A stretch of 64,000 nt of DNA from Haplodiscus bocki (lineage: Eukaryota). Below, in pieces: positions 50,053 through 62,200 of the stretch (position 1 is its first letter; each line of letters opens with the position of its first letter). A model generated the notes under the pieces. The model was not told the origin of the DNA and ran no database searches. It saw nothing but the letters and a program-made list of their open reading frames with translations. A program made the position numbers and the translations under genes. The stretch covers positions 56,358,001-56,422,000 of the forward strand of contig OZ296649.1 of the NCBI GenBank assembly GCA_965655095.1, read 5' to 3'.

Positions 50053-50329
50053 TTTCAGCTGTCAAATTTTTCAGAAAAATAGCTGTGAGAGTACCATGGT
50101 GTGTAAAATGAATATTGGAATTTTGTCGGAGCGGACTGGTCGTAAGCTATTTGATGCCTCACTAACGTTAAGCAGATCTGAGCTGACGCCAAGTTTTGAT
50201 GAATCTGATTCTCTTGCTCCTAAAATTTGCGAAACTAAAAGGCTAACTAAAAGGTGAACGTTATTGTTGGTGTCAGGACATTTCGTCCTGAGAAACTTCA
50301 CCCACTGCAGTTTCAACTTTTCCCACGCT

Positions 50330-50800
50330 AAACCGCGTGGCTTTTTCGGCCTTATGCTTATTCAGCCGCTTCAATTACCGAGTAATTTGATCATTTCAGT
50401 TACCAATATTTGATAAAATTGATCCTTGATGAGCAAAATATTTAAATCTGGATTCGATAGAAAAGCGTCATATATTCCGGAAGCAACAATTGAGACATCA
50501 TTATTTGTAAATTTGCACATTTCACACCTAGTCACAGAAGAAATTTTTAAAAAGTTACAGCCATTCGGTCGTAAAGCATTCAATTTCGAATCATCCAGTC
50601 CAACAGGTGTGAAAAATTGTGGTGCACGACGGCCACTTACGAACAATAATCAGAAACCAGAGGCGCAGTCGCACTGCGCTATTTTCCGTCAATGAGGCGC
50701 ATAAAAGATTGATCGAACATAGAACAAAATCACTTTTAGAAAGAAATCCATTATTGTTGCAGACCCTGATGTAAGAAGTCAAACCGGTAGCTTTAGAGAA
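50330..50800 (-). mobile_element. Old LINE ORF2 C-terminal remnant
   Basis: FVLCSINLL...LRPNGCNF...IYDAFLSNPDL resembles the C-terminus of the LINE family in the array. Confidence 0.4.
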
Positions 50801-50869
50801 TTACGAGTTTTAAAATTGACAAACTAAGATAATAGGACTTGTTCTCATGTTTGGCCTATCCACATTTCA

Positions 50870-52050
50870 GTGTAAGCAACAAAATCAGGGATTTCCCCTT
50901 CGAGGAATCATTTCAAAATGTGCCCTTTTCAATTCAGACCTAGATAGAAGAATTCAAATCCGTGTTTTAGAAGTTTGAGTTGGAACATCAAGATATCTCT
51001 AATAGCACTTTGTTACTTTGAGCCACCAAGGAATCCAGTTCCGATGTAGAGAGCAAATTTTCTGATTTTAAGATACGAATAGTCCTCCTCAACTTAAAAG
51101 CTGTTAATTGACAGGTTGATGGAAAAATGAAACAGATAGAGTTACGAAAAATGAGTTTGATTATCGACGACTAAGAGCACTTTCTGGCATGTCTGGATCT
51201 CCAGGATTCCACTGCATGGATAAAACTTAGTAATATCAATCGAATTATCCAACACAAGTAGAGAGCTCTAGTTTGAGACATTAGAGAAAGAAATCAAGTT
51301 AGTGGTTTTGCAAGTGTCAAGTTTGAGAATCGAGTTAAGTTTATAATAGAAATGTTTCTGGTTTTTTGGAATATAAGGATTTTAATGCAGGTATCAAAGT
51401 GAGTGATTTTGCAATCAAATCCTCCTCTTATTGTGTAAAGCTGTAGGTTGAGAGTTCCTTAGAAGAAATGACTGTCGTTTCGGGGAAACCTGAGTTTGAA
51501 AATCGATTTGAATCAATATTAATAGCGCTTTTCGGACTGTCAGACTTTGATGCATGGATCGAAATAAAGGTTTTTTCAACCTAATCAACCTTTACTAGTG
51601 TGATGTTGTTGTTTGAGGTCTTGATGGAAGAAATCAAAGCGGTAGTTACGGGGAAACTTGAGTGCAAATATCGAGATCATTCAATAATTGCACTTCTTGG
51701 AAATTTGGGATTATCAAAGTTCTGGTAAATCGATGAAAATGGTTTTTTTTCAATCGAATGGTTTGTCACAAGTTGATAGCTTTCGAATGTGATCTTGATG
51801 GATCAAATTGTGCCAGTAGTTATGGAGATAAAAAAAGCATGAAACTCTGGATTCTTCTTTTCTCTTGGCACTTTTTTCCTTTAACGGTTCATCATAATTC
51901 TAAGATGAAGTAGAAAACCAGTTATTTTTCAATGCAATAGCCTTTTAAAAGTAGAACGATTGACATTGAGGCCTAGATGAAAGAACTGAAGTTTGTATTT
52001 TTGAACAAAAGTGATTCGCAGCATCAAGAAAGTTTAATACTGTTTGAGCT
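50870..52050. repeat. Second patch of the diverged ~175-bp satellite
   Basis: The same core (tagcactt..ggac..caggattcc.atgcatgga, gaaatcaag..agt.gtt) recurs near 51030, 51203, 51375, 51540, 51710 and 51890. Confidence 0.5.
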
Positions 52051-52859
52051 TTTCGGCATTGCTTCAATTGGGGATCCGAGATTGATATGTTCCATCATAT
52101 ATTTTTTGGACTATTGTTTGTCATTTTTTAACTCTCAATTTTTGTTCGGTTTTTCCAAAGTTTCTCCAATTCCTCGAAAAATTGCGAGAAATATCGATTT
52201 GTTCCAGTTACATCCGAAAATGGATAGTTTTCCCGAGAAAAAAACTGACTCATCAAAAAACCCTGTGTTTTGCTGTTGAAAAATTATGGGTTAGCGAGCA
52301 TCTAAAAATAAGTTGAAAACACGGTCGATAGCGGGATTCGAACCTGTAATCGCTGGGACATGCAACTCATGTTTTATACAAGACACCAACGCTTCTGCAA
52401 AACACTAAGTGTGCGCGTCATTGGCGAAATCAGGTGATTGAAAAAACACTCCTACCGAAGAAATTTTTTTCCAGCAAATCACTATAAAATGTATCCATTG
52501 GCTTGCCCAAAAAGTTACAATTTTTTCCTCGAAACCCAAAGGTGTCATTGGAACGACAGGGTTTCATGGAAAAAAATCAAGACCCCACGATAGTAAATCA
52601 AAAGAAGTTGCGAATGCTATTAGAAGAGCTCAATATTCCCCGCCATTTAATACCGTTGGGTTGCCGAAAAATTGCATTTTCCAACGACCGCAGTTCAGCT
52701 TGCCATGCCTGAAAAGGCATTTTGCCATGAATTGTCTCGAAAAAGGCAAAGAGCGATCTGTTTCACAACACCCCTCTCAGTAGAGCGACATTTGGAATAC
52801 CCTGACGAGTTTGTCCCTTGTTTTTGCACAACATCAGAAAAGATGTCAATGAGCGCATT

Positions 52860-53600
52860 CTAATGGTTGGAGCCGAAAGACTGAAAAGTTGTTGATGGCA
52901 TAATTAATGGCTTGATGAAATATTTGAATTATTACCTGATTTTTACCGCGTTTACGCTATCCACGTTGAGTTACAAGGTGGTTTGTCAACGCCTTGTGTT
53001 TATATATTGCTAGGGAACGAAACAAAGGAAAACTATGTTAGAATGATTGAATTGCTGTGTAAGGTTACCGCTCATTGCGCAAAAATACTTACTTTAAAAA
53101 GACAACCACGAATGCTCTCGATGAAAAAATCCCCGACGTGAACGTTTCGTGCTGTTACTTCCAGCTGACACAAGGTGTCACCCGGTAGTTTTTGAAGTTG
53201 GATTGAAAATGTATTGCGAAGGTTTCCCAGAGTTGAGCTTGGTTCTGCGAAAATTGCCCGATCTTGTACATGTGCCCCCGTCCATTCTAAGCTTTTCTTT
53301 TTGCTTATTTAATAAATGACTGGCTTCAATCAAAGGGATCAATCTGGAGAAAGCGTTGCTGAAGAAGTGAGAGATTGTAGTATTTGCCAAGAGTACCTTC
53401 ATTGATAACCCGGGCAATCTGATTGTAAGCTGCCCTTCAAGTTTGAAACATGGAACCAGTACGACTTAGCGGGCGAGGGGTAGCCCGGACACCAAATTGT
53501 CTGGAAGGCTGGCATTACGGACTGAAGGCAGATTTGTGCAGTTAAACGCGTTTTATGGTCGCTTCTACGGAACTAGCGACCATTGAAAGATGCAAAATTT
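52860..53600 (+). mobile_element. Decayed MULE (Mutator-like) transposase
   Basis: LDEIFELLPDFYRVYAIH (cf. DGTF...FYQLYTIH), PCVYILLGNETKENYVRM, NALDEKIPDVNVSCCYFQLTQ and WNQYD...RTPNCLEGWH occur in the canonical order, with frameshifts. Confidence 0.8.
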
Positions 53601-56600
53601 TAGGATTTCCGGATTTTTGTTCTTGAAACGCCCGTGCCACCAAATTATGCGACGCAGTTACGATTTCGGAACTTTACTACTTTTTCTTTTGAGCACTGGT
53701 AAGTTTTAGGAGTTTGGAATTCGTTTCAGATCAATAATGTGACTGTCTGTACAATTTGATCCAAGAGACACTGTCTCTTGTAACATCGGAATTACGTTTG
53801 AGCTAGGGACTGGCCCAACTTTACAAAAATGTACAAAGTGGTTGACAAGAAATCACATTTCAAGCTGGTTGTCCTAGTGAATTGTAAATTGCATCTGATC
53901 TCTTTTTTAAAGTTCAGAATCGACGTTTTGAAGCACGGGACATTTGGTAGATTGGCCGATATTACGTTCAAAAAATGAGTAAGAGAAGCTGAAAATCATT
54001 TCCTTTTTCGGAATACTTTCGATTTTGCATGGCTCATTTCAAAATTTTTTGATGCTCATTTTCTAACCGGCATTTTGGTAAAGCGTCTGATATTGAAGCC
54101 GTTTCAATAAAGCTGAGTTGACACGTCATTTTTTTTCGAACGTCTTGAAGGAACTGGACAATCTTGAACTCAAAAATAGGTCGAATTATCGGCGGTTGAA
54201 AAAGCAAGCGTTTCAAAAGGAATTCGGTGGAGAAAGCAAGCGGTGGAAAGTGCGAACCGTTGAAACTGCAGCAGTTCAAATGGCGTAGGACAAAATTTCT
54301 TGTAACCGTTATTGTTACCTCACTGCAACCATACTGGGTTGTTGTTGGATGCATTATGGATTAGTTTGTGGAAAGTTCAAGAAATTGACCGATTGCGTTT
54401 CCATATTGAAGGAGTTCTTGAGACAGTTCTTCCTTACCTTGCTACAAGATCTTCATGGCGCTAAGGAGGGCTTGAAAATTATGAAGCCAAAACAGCGGAT
54501 CTCAGTGGGATGTTGTCGATGCGATGAAAAAATTAGCAAATGTGTCTGTTGGTAATGATACTCCAAACAAACACGGTCATATTGGGTTGGCAGTGCTTGA
54601 TGAAAAGTAGACTCGAATCACAACAGTAGACTTCGATTAAACGAATTCCACAAGACCGACAAAAATGATTCGATTAAATATAAACATTCAAACTCGATTC
54701 AGTCCAGTTACAAGAAGAATAACTTAAAGTTGGTTGAAGTATCTTGATGAAAATGAGGACACCTTGTGACAACGGTTTTTTGTTTCGAAAAAGTCCAGCC
54801 AATATACTTTTTAAGTCCGCGATTTTTGAATGAAAAACCCGATTATTACAGTGGATATTGTTTTTTAAAGACCTCTCTATAACAACTCTATAGAGAACAA
54901 AACTCTATAAAAGACTACCGCCTAATATGAGACCGCTTGGCCTTCTGCCATCATGGAAAGGACTCAAAGCGTGGAAACGTAAAATAATCGGTCAAATATC
55001 CAAAAAAAATACCAAGAATGGCCAGAGTCGGCGCGCCCTTTGAGGCTCAAAATACTTGTAAGGGGAGCCATTGTTTTTTTTCAAGAAAATTTTATATACC
55101 AAAGAAAAATATGATAATCCCTTCAATTTCTGCCACCATTCGCGCAGCATTTTTGGGCGCCTAATAAAATCCGGATTCAATTTTCAACCATCTTAGTTTC
55201 AATAATGAAACTTCCAATGCTTTTATCATTTTGCCAAGTCTCGCCTTTATTCAACTCAATCAAAATTATTCACTGTAAGTTGGCCAAACTCGGTAAGTTG
55301 CCGATAATCGGGGGATAAGTGGGGGGGGGGGGGAGATCACGGATTTTCTTGTCTTGGTGTTTGATTTTACAAAAAATTCCGGTGATGCTTTTTGGAAAAT
55401 CAGTTATACGCGAGGGCTATTACAAAATTTTGTCATCGTGTTTTTGAGAAAAAATGGAAAATTCGAAGGTGGTGCCATGAAAAATTTTTCGTGTTTGCAT
55501 TCCGAAAAAATTCCGGTTTTTCTAAAAGTGTATCTGGAATTTTTGCATGTGTATACTTCCCTCCGAAAATTAAATGCAAGGGGGTGAACTTGAATATTTT
55601 CCGACTTTTAGAAGCTATGGTACAGTTCGTAGCATTCAGACCACCAATTTATTCAACTCTGATTTGTGGATTGATTCTAAGTAAGGTCTGTTGTCTTACG
55701 AAATAGAACAAGCGAAGAGCGGCCAAAGTCGGCTAATATACTTTTAAGGGGGCCTTGATGTTTTGAATAGTTTTGCTTTTTTTCTCAATGGAAATCGGTA
55801 TACCGATTGAAAGCGTACCGCACCTCAGTTTTCCGCCGTATCGAGTGGCGGATAATGGAGGGATAAATAGAGTGGCAGATAATCAACGGATAAATGGGGG
55901 GGGGGGGCATCAGAAAGTTTTTGTTTAAAAATGCAAAGGGTCGCCAAAAGCATGCATGGTTAGTTGGCAGGTAATCAAAAGATAAATGGGGGGGGGGGTA
56001 TCACGACAATTTTTGCTTCCGGAAAAATTTTCCGCTATACGCTAAGGGAGGATTGCGAAAACTTTCCTCGTTTTTTCACGAATTTTTTCTGGCATACGCA
56101 GAGTGTGTATCACGGGCATTTGAAACGTTGGGCACTGTTTGCGAGGAACAGTCACAACAAATAATGCATCATCAGCTATGTCCGAATTGGATCAGATTGA
56201 TGTATAAAAAGTCGGTGTGTCATATCCTTCTGACTTTTCAGTCAGAAATAAACAGCAAACTAAAAGAGGAGTGACTGTAAATAGCTGACACCTTTTCAGT
56301 AAAAGACGCCGACTAAAAAGCGCGTCATACAAAAACATTTTTGTCCAGACTCACATTTGAAAAAGGTAAATTGAAGTTTTATACTGGTTTTAGTAAGAGT
56401 ACGAAAACACAACGTGTCACTAGTCTGTATGGTAGGAAAATCATTGGATTTGAGTCATAGTTACGGATTCGGGACGTTATAACTCCCTAAATTTTATCCC
56501 TATTTTTGGATGCCTTGACAAAAAACATTCGTGATACCTCAGTTGAGCAATTTTCGGTAATCAGTCCCGAATGTTTTCCTGATGCCCTATTTTGGTGTCA

Positions 56601-59600
56601 TGTTTTTTTTGGTAAAACTGAGAATACCAGAAACTTTCGTGATACACATTACATTTTTAGCCCTGCAGCTAACACCTACTTGAGTTTTCAGCGCTTTTTG
56701 CGGCTAAAGCGAGGACTTTGTACGGTGGACGAAAAAATACCCAATCTGGAGAAAGCCTCATGGAAAAAGTAATCAACGCCGTCTCGAGTGAAAAAAATTG
56801 AAACACCAATTTTAGGAATGTTCCACGATTGATTCAAAAATTTTACATTAATGCGGCTGAATGTGAATTTTTATCAAAAAGCTTGCAACTCAAAAATAGG
56901 CGGAAAAGTAGAAAAAGATTTTTCATTGAGAGACCAGAAATATTACCGAATTTTTAGGACTAAACTTTTCGGAATTTTGGATATGCAAGTTTTTTGTGTG
57001 TGTGTGTGTTTAATTTCGTTCGTCACCAACCAAACTTTTGAACTCTGCCGGTTAAGAAAAATATTTTGAACGAAAATTTCGAAACTCTGAAGAATCGATC
57101 ACAATTGGTCGCGAAGTTTTATTGCGAGAGATATCCTTTGTGGTAACTTGAGGTTCGTGAATTTTTCAGTGGCGTCTTCCAATTATGTTTTTCTCAAATA
57201 GCATCTGTTGAATTGAAGCCATCTTGTGCTCATACAAAACGCCCCCAGGTAAAAAAAAACGTTGAAGAGAGGAGATCTTGATTGCTAACTTGTGTGCAAC
57301 TTATATTGACTTGCGCTTCGGAACTGGAGAATGTATTTGCTTTTGTCCACTTTGACTCGGTGAAAAAAAGTATTAGAGATCGGCTTTTGAGTAGTTTTTT
57401 TAACCTGTCCAAAACTTGCATTTTGTTACGTCATCAGAGCGTCTAGTCATTTAGTGTAAACAGTCGAAAAGGGACCTTTTTGAAACAGTTTGGCAGGTAC
57501 TTGTTCATTTTCGCGTTCTAAAATGAGCAAAATTGATTCAAAAAACAGCGTTAAGAAAACTTCTTCAAATAACAATTTTTCAATGAGACAGTGTAGGAAG
57601 TGTATCATGTGTCCCCCAGAAAACGTCACATGAAAATTTCGAGTTCCGGGACTTCTTAATAATAGAAAACAATTCATCGGAACTTTTGTCAAGTCCACAC
57701 ATACCGCTTGCCAGTCATCAAAATTGACACCACTCAATCTCACCTCGTTTAAATGGCCACTTTAGGTTCAAATTTCGAAAGTTGTTAAACCTAATAAGAT
57801 TAGAGTTAAGCAATTTTCTTGATGTTTCCCCAAAGAGTCAAGTCATCATGCTTGGTCAGATAAATTTTTTTCAAGCTGTTTTGATTTTTTACTAATATGA
57901 GCCTTCTTGAGAACTCGAAGTATTTTCACATAAAGCTTTTTGGGGCCCACAGTTTTGTTCAATTTTTGGCGTTGTTTCCTGTGTTGGTTTTTTAAAAATT
58001 GGGCCGCAAAATGGTGAGTCATAAAAGAAATGACTGACAGATCGACTTTTGGGTATCAGAAACTGTGACAGGGTATTGTCGTATTTTGATTTCTTGGAAC
58101 AACCTCTCTATAGATATCTGGTGGAGTATTTGTAAAAGCGTCAATGACGTATCCAATTTAGTTTCAAGTGTCTTTCAAGGCTCTTAATCTGAAAACATTA
58201 TCTTTGACTTGAACTGATGTCAGAATGTGCTGCGAAGTTTCGTTTCGCTTCTATGTTCTAAAGTGTTTTTCTCCCAGTATATCGTCCACCAGTCAAGCTC
58301 CCAATTACTAGCCAACCATCATTCCTGCCGAATCACAGCTGCTCCTCTTCCTTTAAATTTCCACGGATTTTCTCTGATGTTTAAATGAAGTTAGAATACT
58401 TTGAGTTCCGTCTTCTTTCAAAAGTTTTTTTCGCATAACTGTCAGACGGATAAGGACCACGTAGTGCGCATTGAAAAACTCGCCTCGTGGAGCTTTTGCA
58501 TGCTAGTTTTTGCATGAGTTTTCCAAGTATCGTGATATGTTATACGAGCATCGAAATTTTTCTGTTAGGACCCTCTTCAACTTGCGTGTTTTTTTTTTGT
58601 CGTAGCGTTCACGACTCGCATTTGCCGTTTGCTGCAAAAGTTAATTGTTGTGCTGCTCATATAACCGCCTATAACTCAACCAGCAGTTACTTCTTAGCGT
58701 AGTGGTTATTGACGGCCATATGCGCTCGGTTACTGGGAGCATCCTGTTTTGGATTCCATCTGGACCGATTTTCCTTTGCGTTCAATATCATATTTTTCTC
58801 TGTTTCGCACCTTTTTTCGAATAAAAACTCATTTTACCAATTGGGAGAGACCTGTGTACTGCTTTCAGGGTTTTTCGCAAATTGACTCCAAATTGAAGTT
58901 TTGTGGAATCTTCCGACTATTTTCGCTGTGGTTTGAAATGTTTTTGAAAAAACTAATGTATCATTTTCCGAATTGATCTAAAGTTTTCAACATTACTTTT
59001 CAATTTTGTTTAATTCGCTCGACTTTGGGTGTTTCCACTTGAAGCTTAATAGCAAAGATAATACCAACGTCTAGTGTCTGGGAGTTTGTGTTCCTTGGAA
59101 AAATTAAAAGAGCAAAAGTTCATGTTTTTGGTACAGAATGATACAGAACTAAATTTCGCTATAATTATCGCAATTTTCGCACTTTTGCTCTACGAATATT
59201 GTTTTTGCTACGCCTGAAGCATAGACCAATACGAAGTGTCAAGTCTTCTAAACTTTCAAAGTTCTTCCATACAGAAGCAGAAAATTAACTCAATACAGCA
59301 CGACTTGTTCTTTAGTGGGGTTGTGAGTGGTTCAAAGGTAACGATGATTCGCTAATTTTTCAACTTTCGAGGAATTTTCCATTTTTTTGGCCTTCTATGG
59401 GAGCTTTTTAGCCACTAGTGAATCAAAAACCAATACGGGAAGACATAATCAGCATTTATACGTAAAATGATAAAGATGTGGTTTAAGGTTGTCGTTTTGG
59501 ACCTTTAACCGTACAAATCAACTACACATCTTTCTAAATTAAAATTATAAAGTATGAATTTTGAGAAATGTTTCAAAATGTTGACAAGCTCCTGAAATAG

Positions 59601-61499
59601 TTTTCGTGGTGTCCCAAAGACATCCAATAACTGTTGAACGTCGCTATTTTCTTCAAATAAATTCACACTCGCTACTTCTCGCAGTCAAAAACTAGTTGGC
59701 CTTTGACAAAATCCCAGAAACAACTTCTCAGAAAAATTTCAGTTCGACAACCCTCTCTCGGTGTTTACTGTTAGTACTGCTCCGATATTCCCAAAAACTG
59801 GAGATTTTGTTTTGCTAGCTTTGCGAAGCTAGCTCCACTCCGCCTCTGTGTTAAGCTTGAAAACCGCCATCTGATCACGGTCCCCGCGCCTCTGATTTGC
59901 CATGATAATCACAACTCCGACAAGTTGAATGGGCAAAACCAACTTCGTCCGCTAAAGTCAACTTTGGCGCGCTAATCAGTGAACACTTCTGCGCTTCGTT
60001 AGTGCTACCGTCAGGGTTCGAATCCCTTTGCGGCAAAATCTTTTGGATATTACCCCTTGTACATTTTGTGGCAAAAATAAAATATTCATTGCAACCCGCC
60101 TATGCCCATCTCGTTCACTTCTCATCTACTGTATATAGTTGAAAATGTTCTATTTTGAGACAGTTGGCAGGTACTTGTTTACTTCGGGGGTCTAAAAAGT
60201 TAATTTTTAAACAACACTTTTATTTAAACCATAGTTTGATTACTGAACAACAGCATCCTAAAAGTTCATGTTTCACAAAGCTATTGATTGAACGGGCTGA
60301 GTGGTCGGCACTTTTTCATGTTAACTTTGCAGAATCTGCGTGAATTTACTATACATTGAGCTTCAAAATGACGTTACCTAAAAGGACATGATTGGTAGAC
60401 CAACGTTTCGACTATGTGACAGCTACGTGTCTCAATTCGTTTTTTTTTTTGGATGATACTTCTGATTAACAACTGGTGTAGTATTCTCTGATCATGATTT
60501 GATATGTCCTTCAGTATCTTTGATCTTAAGCTGAGAATTCAGAATGTGTTTCGAAATTCGGCTTCGCCTCTGTATCCTCAATTTTGGTATCATTTGCAAA
60601 ACTAAATTCAATTGGGGGGAACTTGTTTTCTGCTTCGAGGAACTCTCTCGAAATTGTTTCCAAACGGACACTTTTTAAAATTTAGCTAGCTTTATCTCTA
60701 GAATATCTACTTTTTATAAGGATTTTGAAAGCGAGCTGAAAATTCTGGCCTAAGAAATAAATTTTCCTATTTTCAACCAAACTTTCGGTAACTTTCCTTC
60801 CATATATTTTTTATGCTGAATTTGACGAAATTAAAGCCAACATGTAATTTCCGAAGCGCTCTGCTGTTTTTGTGATAAAACCAAGTTTTTGTGTTGTAAG
60901 CAAGTTAGAACGGCAAAATTTTGCTTCTTTTTCGCAAACTTCGTTCTTTCGCCATAGGATCACCTTTTTAACTTTGCATTCATCATGAATCGATACGAAA
61001 TGTTACGATTTGAACAATTTTTTCATCGTTCGAAAGATGGTGTCCAAAAATGTTGACTTCAATGGTTCTGAAGTTATTTTAACCCAGCTAATTTCACGGT
61101 CTTCCTCGAACTTTGGACTTTTGCCTTCCAGATGAACGTTGGCAGCTAGATGAGATTATTACAATTGAGAAGAACAGTAGTTAAATGAAGCGCGAAGCTC
61201 AAAATTTGTTAAATGTCGAAATTTTCCGGTGCTTTAAATTAAAGGAATGGATAATTTTTTGACGTCTGCGGAATTTTCGATCTTTTTTCTTGTAAGCCTA
61301 TTTTTTGGCTCCAAGTGCATTGAAAACCAACAGGAATGAATATCTTTTGCCACTATCTTAGAATATAAATTGTTTTGAATATCTTGCCTGAAACTGGTGG
61401 TTTTCGGCGTTTCTTAATCGGCGAAATTAGCTAATTTTTCAATTTTTGCTTTTTTACTTTCGAGATAATTATTTGAACTAGGTATCCAGTTGAATTGGA

Positions 61500-62200
61500 T
61501 TGGAAGTGCTGCATTTCTAGAATGTTTTAGTTTCAAATAAATCCTTCAAAAGCCGTTAAGTTCTGCCCCAGGCTCAGTCAAAAGCTGCTGAAGCTGGCAT
61601 TTTTGCGTAGATTTCTTCGTTTGAGATTCAAGTCAGTGTTTGCCTACAATTGCCTGGGACGGGAGGAAAGTTCTCACGCCACTGCTGTGGGGAATATCTT
61701 TAGGTTCCATTCGTGCGAAAGTTGTTTAGTTGGTCCAATGCAAGCTTGTAGCGTACTTGGACGCCTATATTTGTTATAGTTTTCGAAGATCATTTAGTAA
61801 CCCCATGTGAGACCGTTCGCTTTTTCTGGAATATCACCTTCTCGCAGCTCCCCAAAGTAAAATACTTGCAGTTATTAGCGAGTATCCGGGTAATGGATTT
61901 TTTAGACTCAGCCTGGCAAGTTTCATTTTTGCGGTTTTTTTCGATAACTTTGGAAGATTCCATATTACTCTCGACGGAATTTTCTGCCATTGATGGGTGC
62001 TGCTGTTCTGAACATGCCGAAAACTGGAGGATTTTTTTTCGCAGCTCCTCTTATGGTATTACATTTGTGTCAACCGAGTGTTTGTATCAGCTCTTCATTA
62101 TTTCACTAGTGACAGTGTGGCAGAGATTATCTGGTTTGTTCATCTTAGTTTACAAACACAAGATTGAAAAGCAAACAGAACGGTAAGCAGTGAACTATGA
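61500..62200 (-). mobile_element. Possible old LINE RT remnant
   Basis: ESSKVIEKNRK...AESKKSI....CEKVIFQK resembles RT domains 0-1, but is very eroded. Confidence 0.3.

Noticed and set aside
53900-59000. Further DNA-transposon coding remnants
   Set aside because: The composition looks coding-like, but I could not recover diagnostic motifs, so the region is left unassigned.
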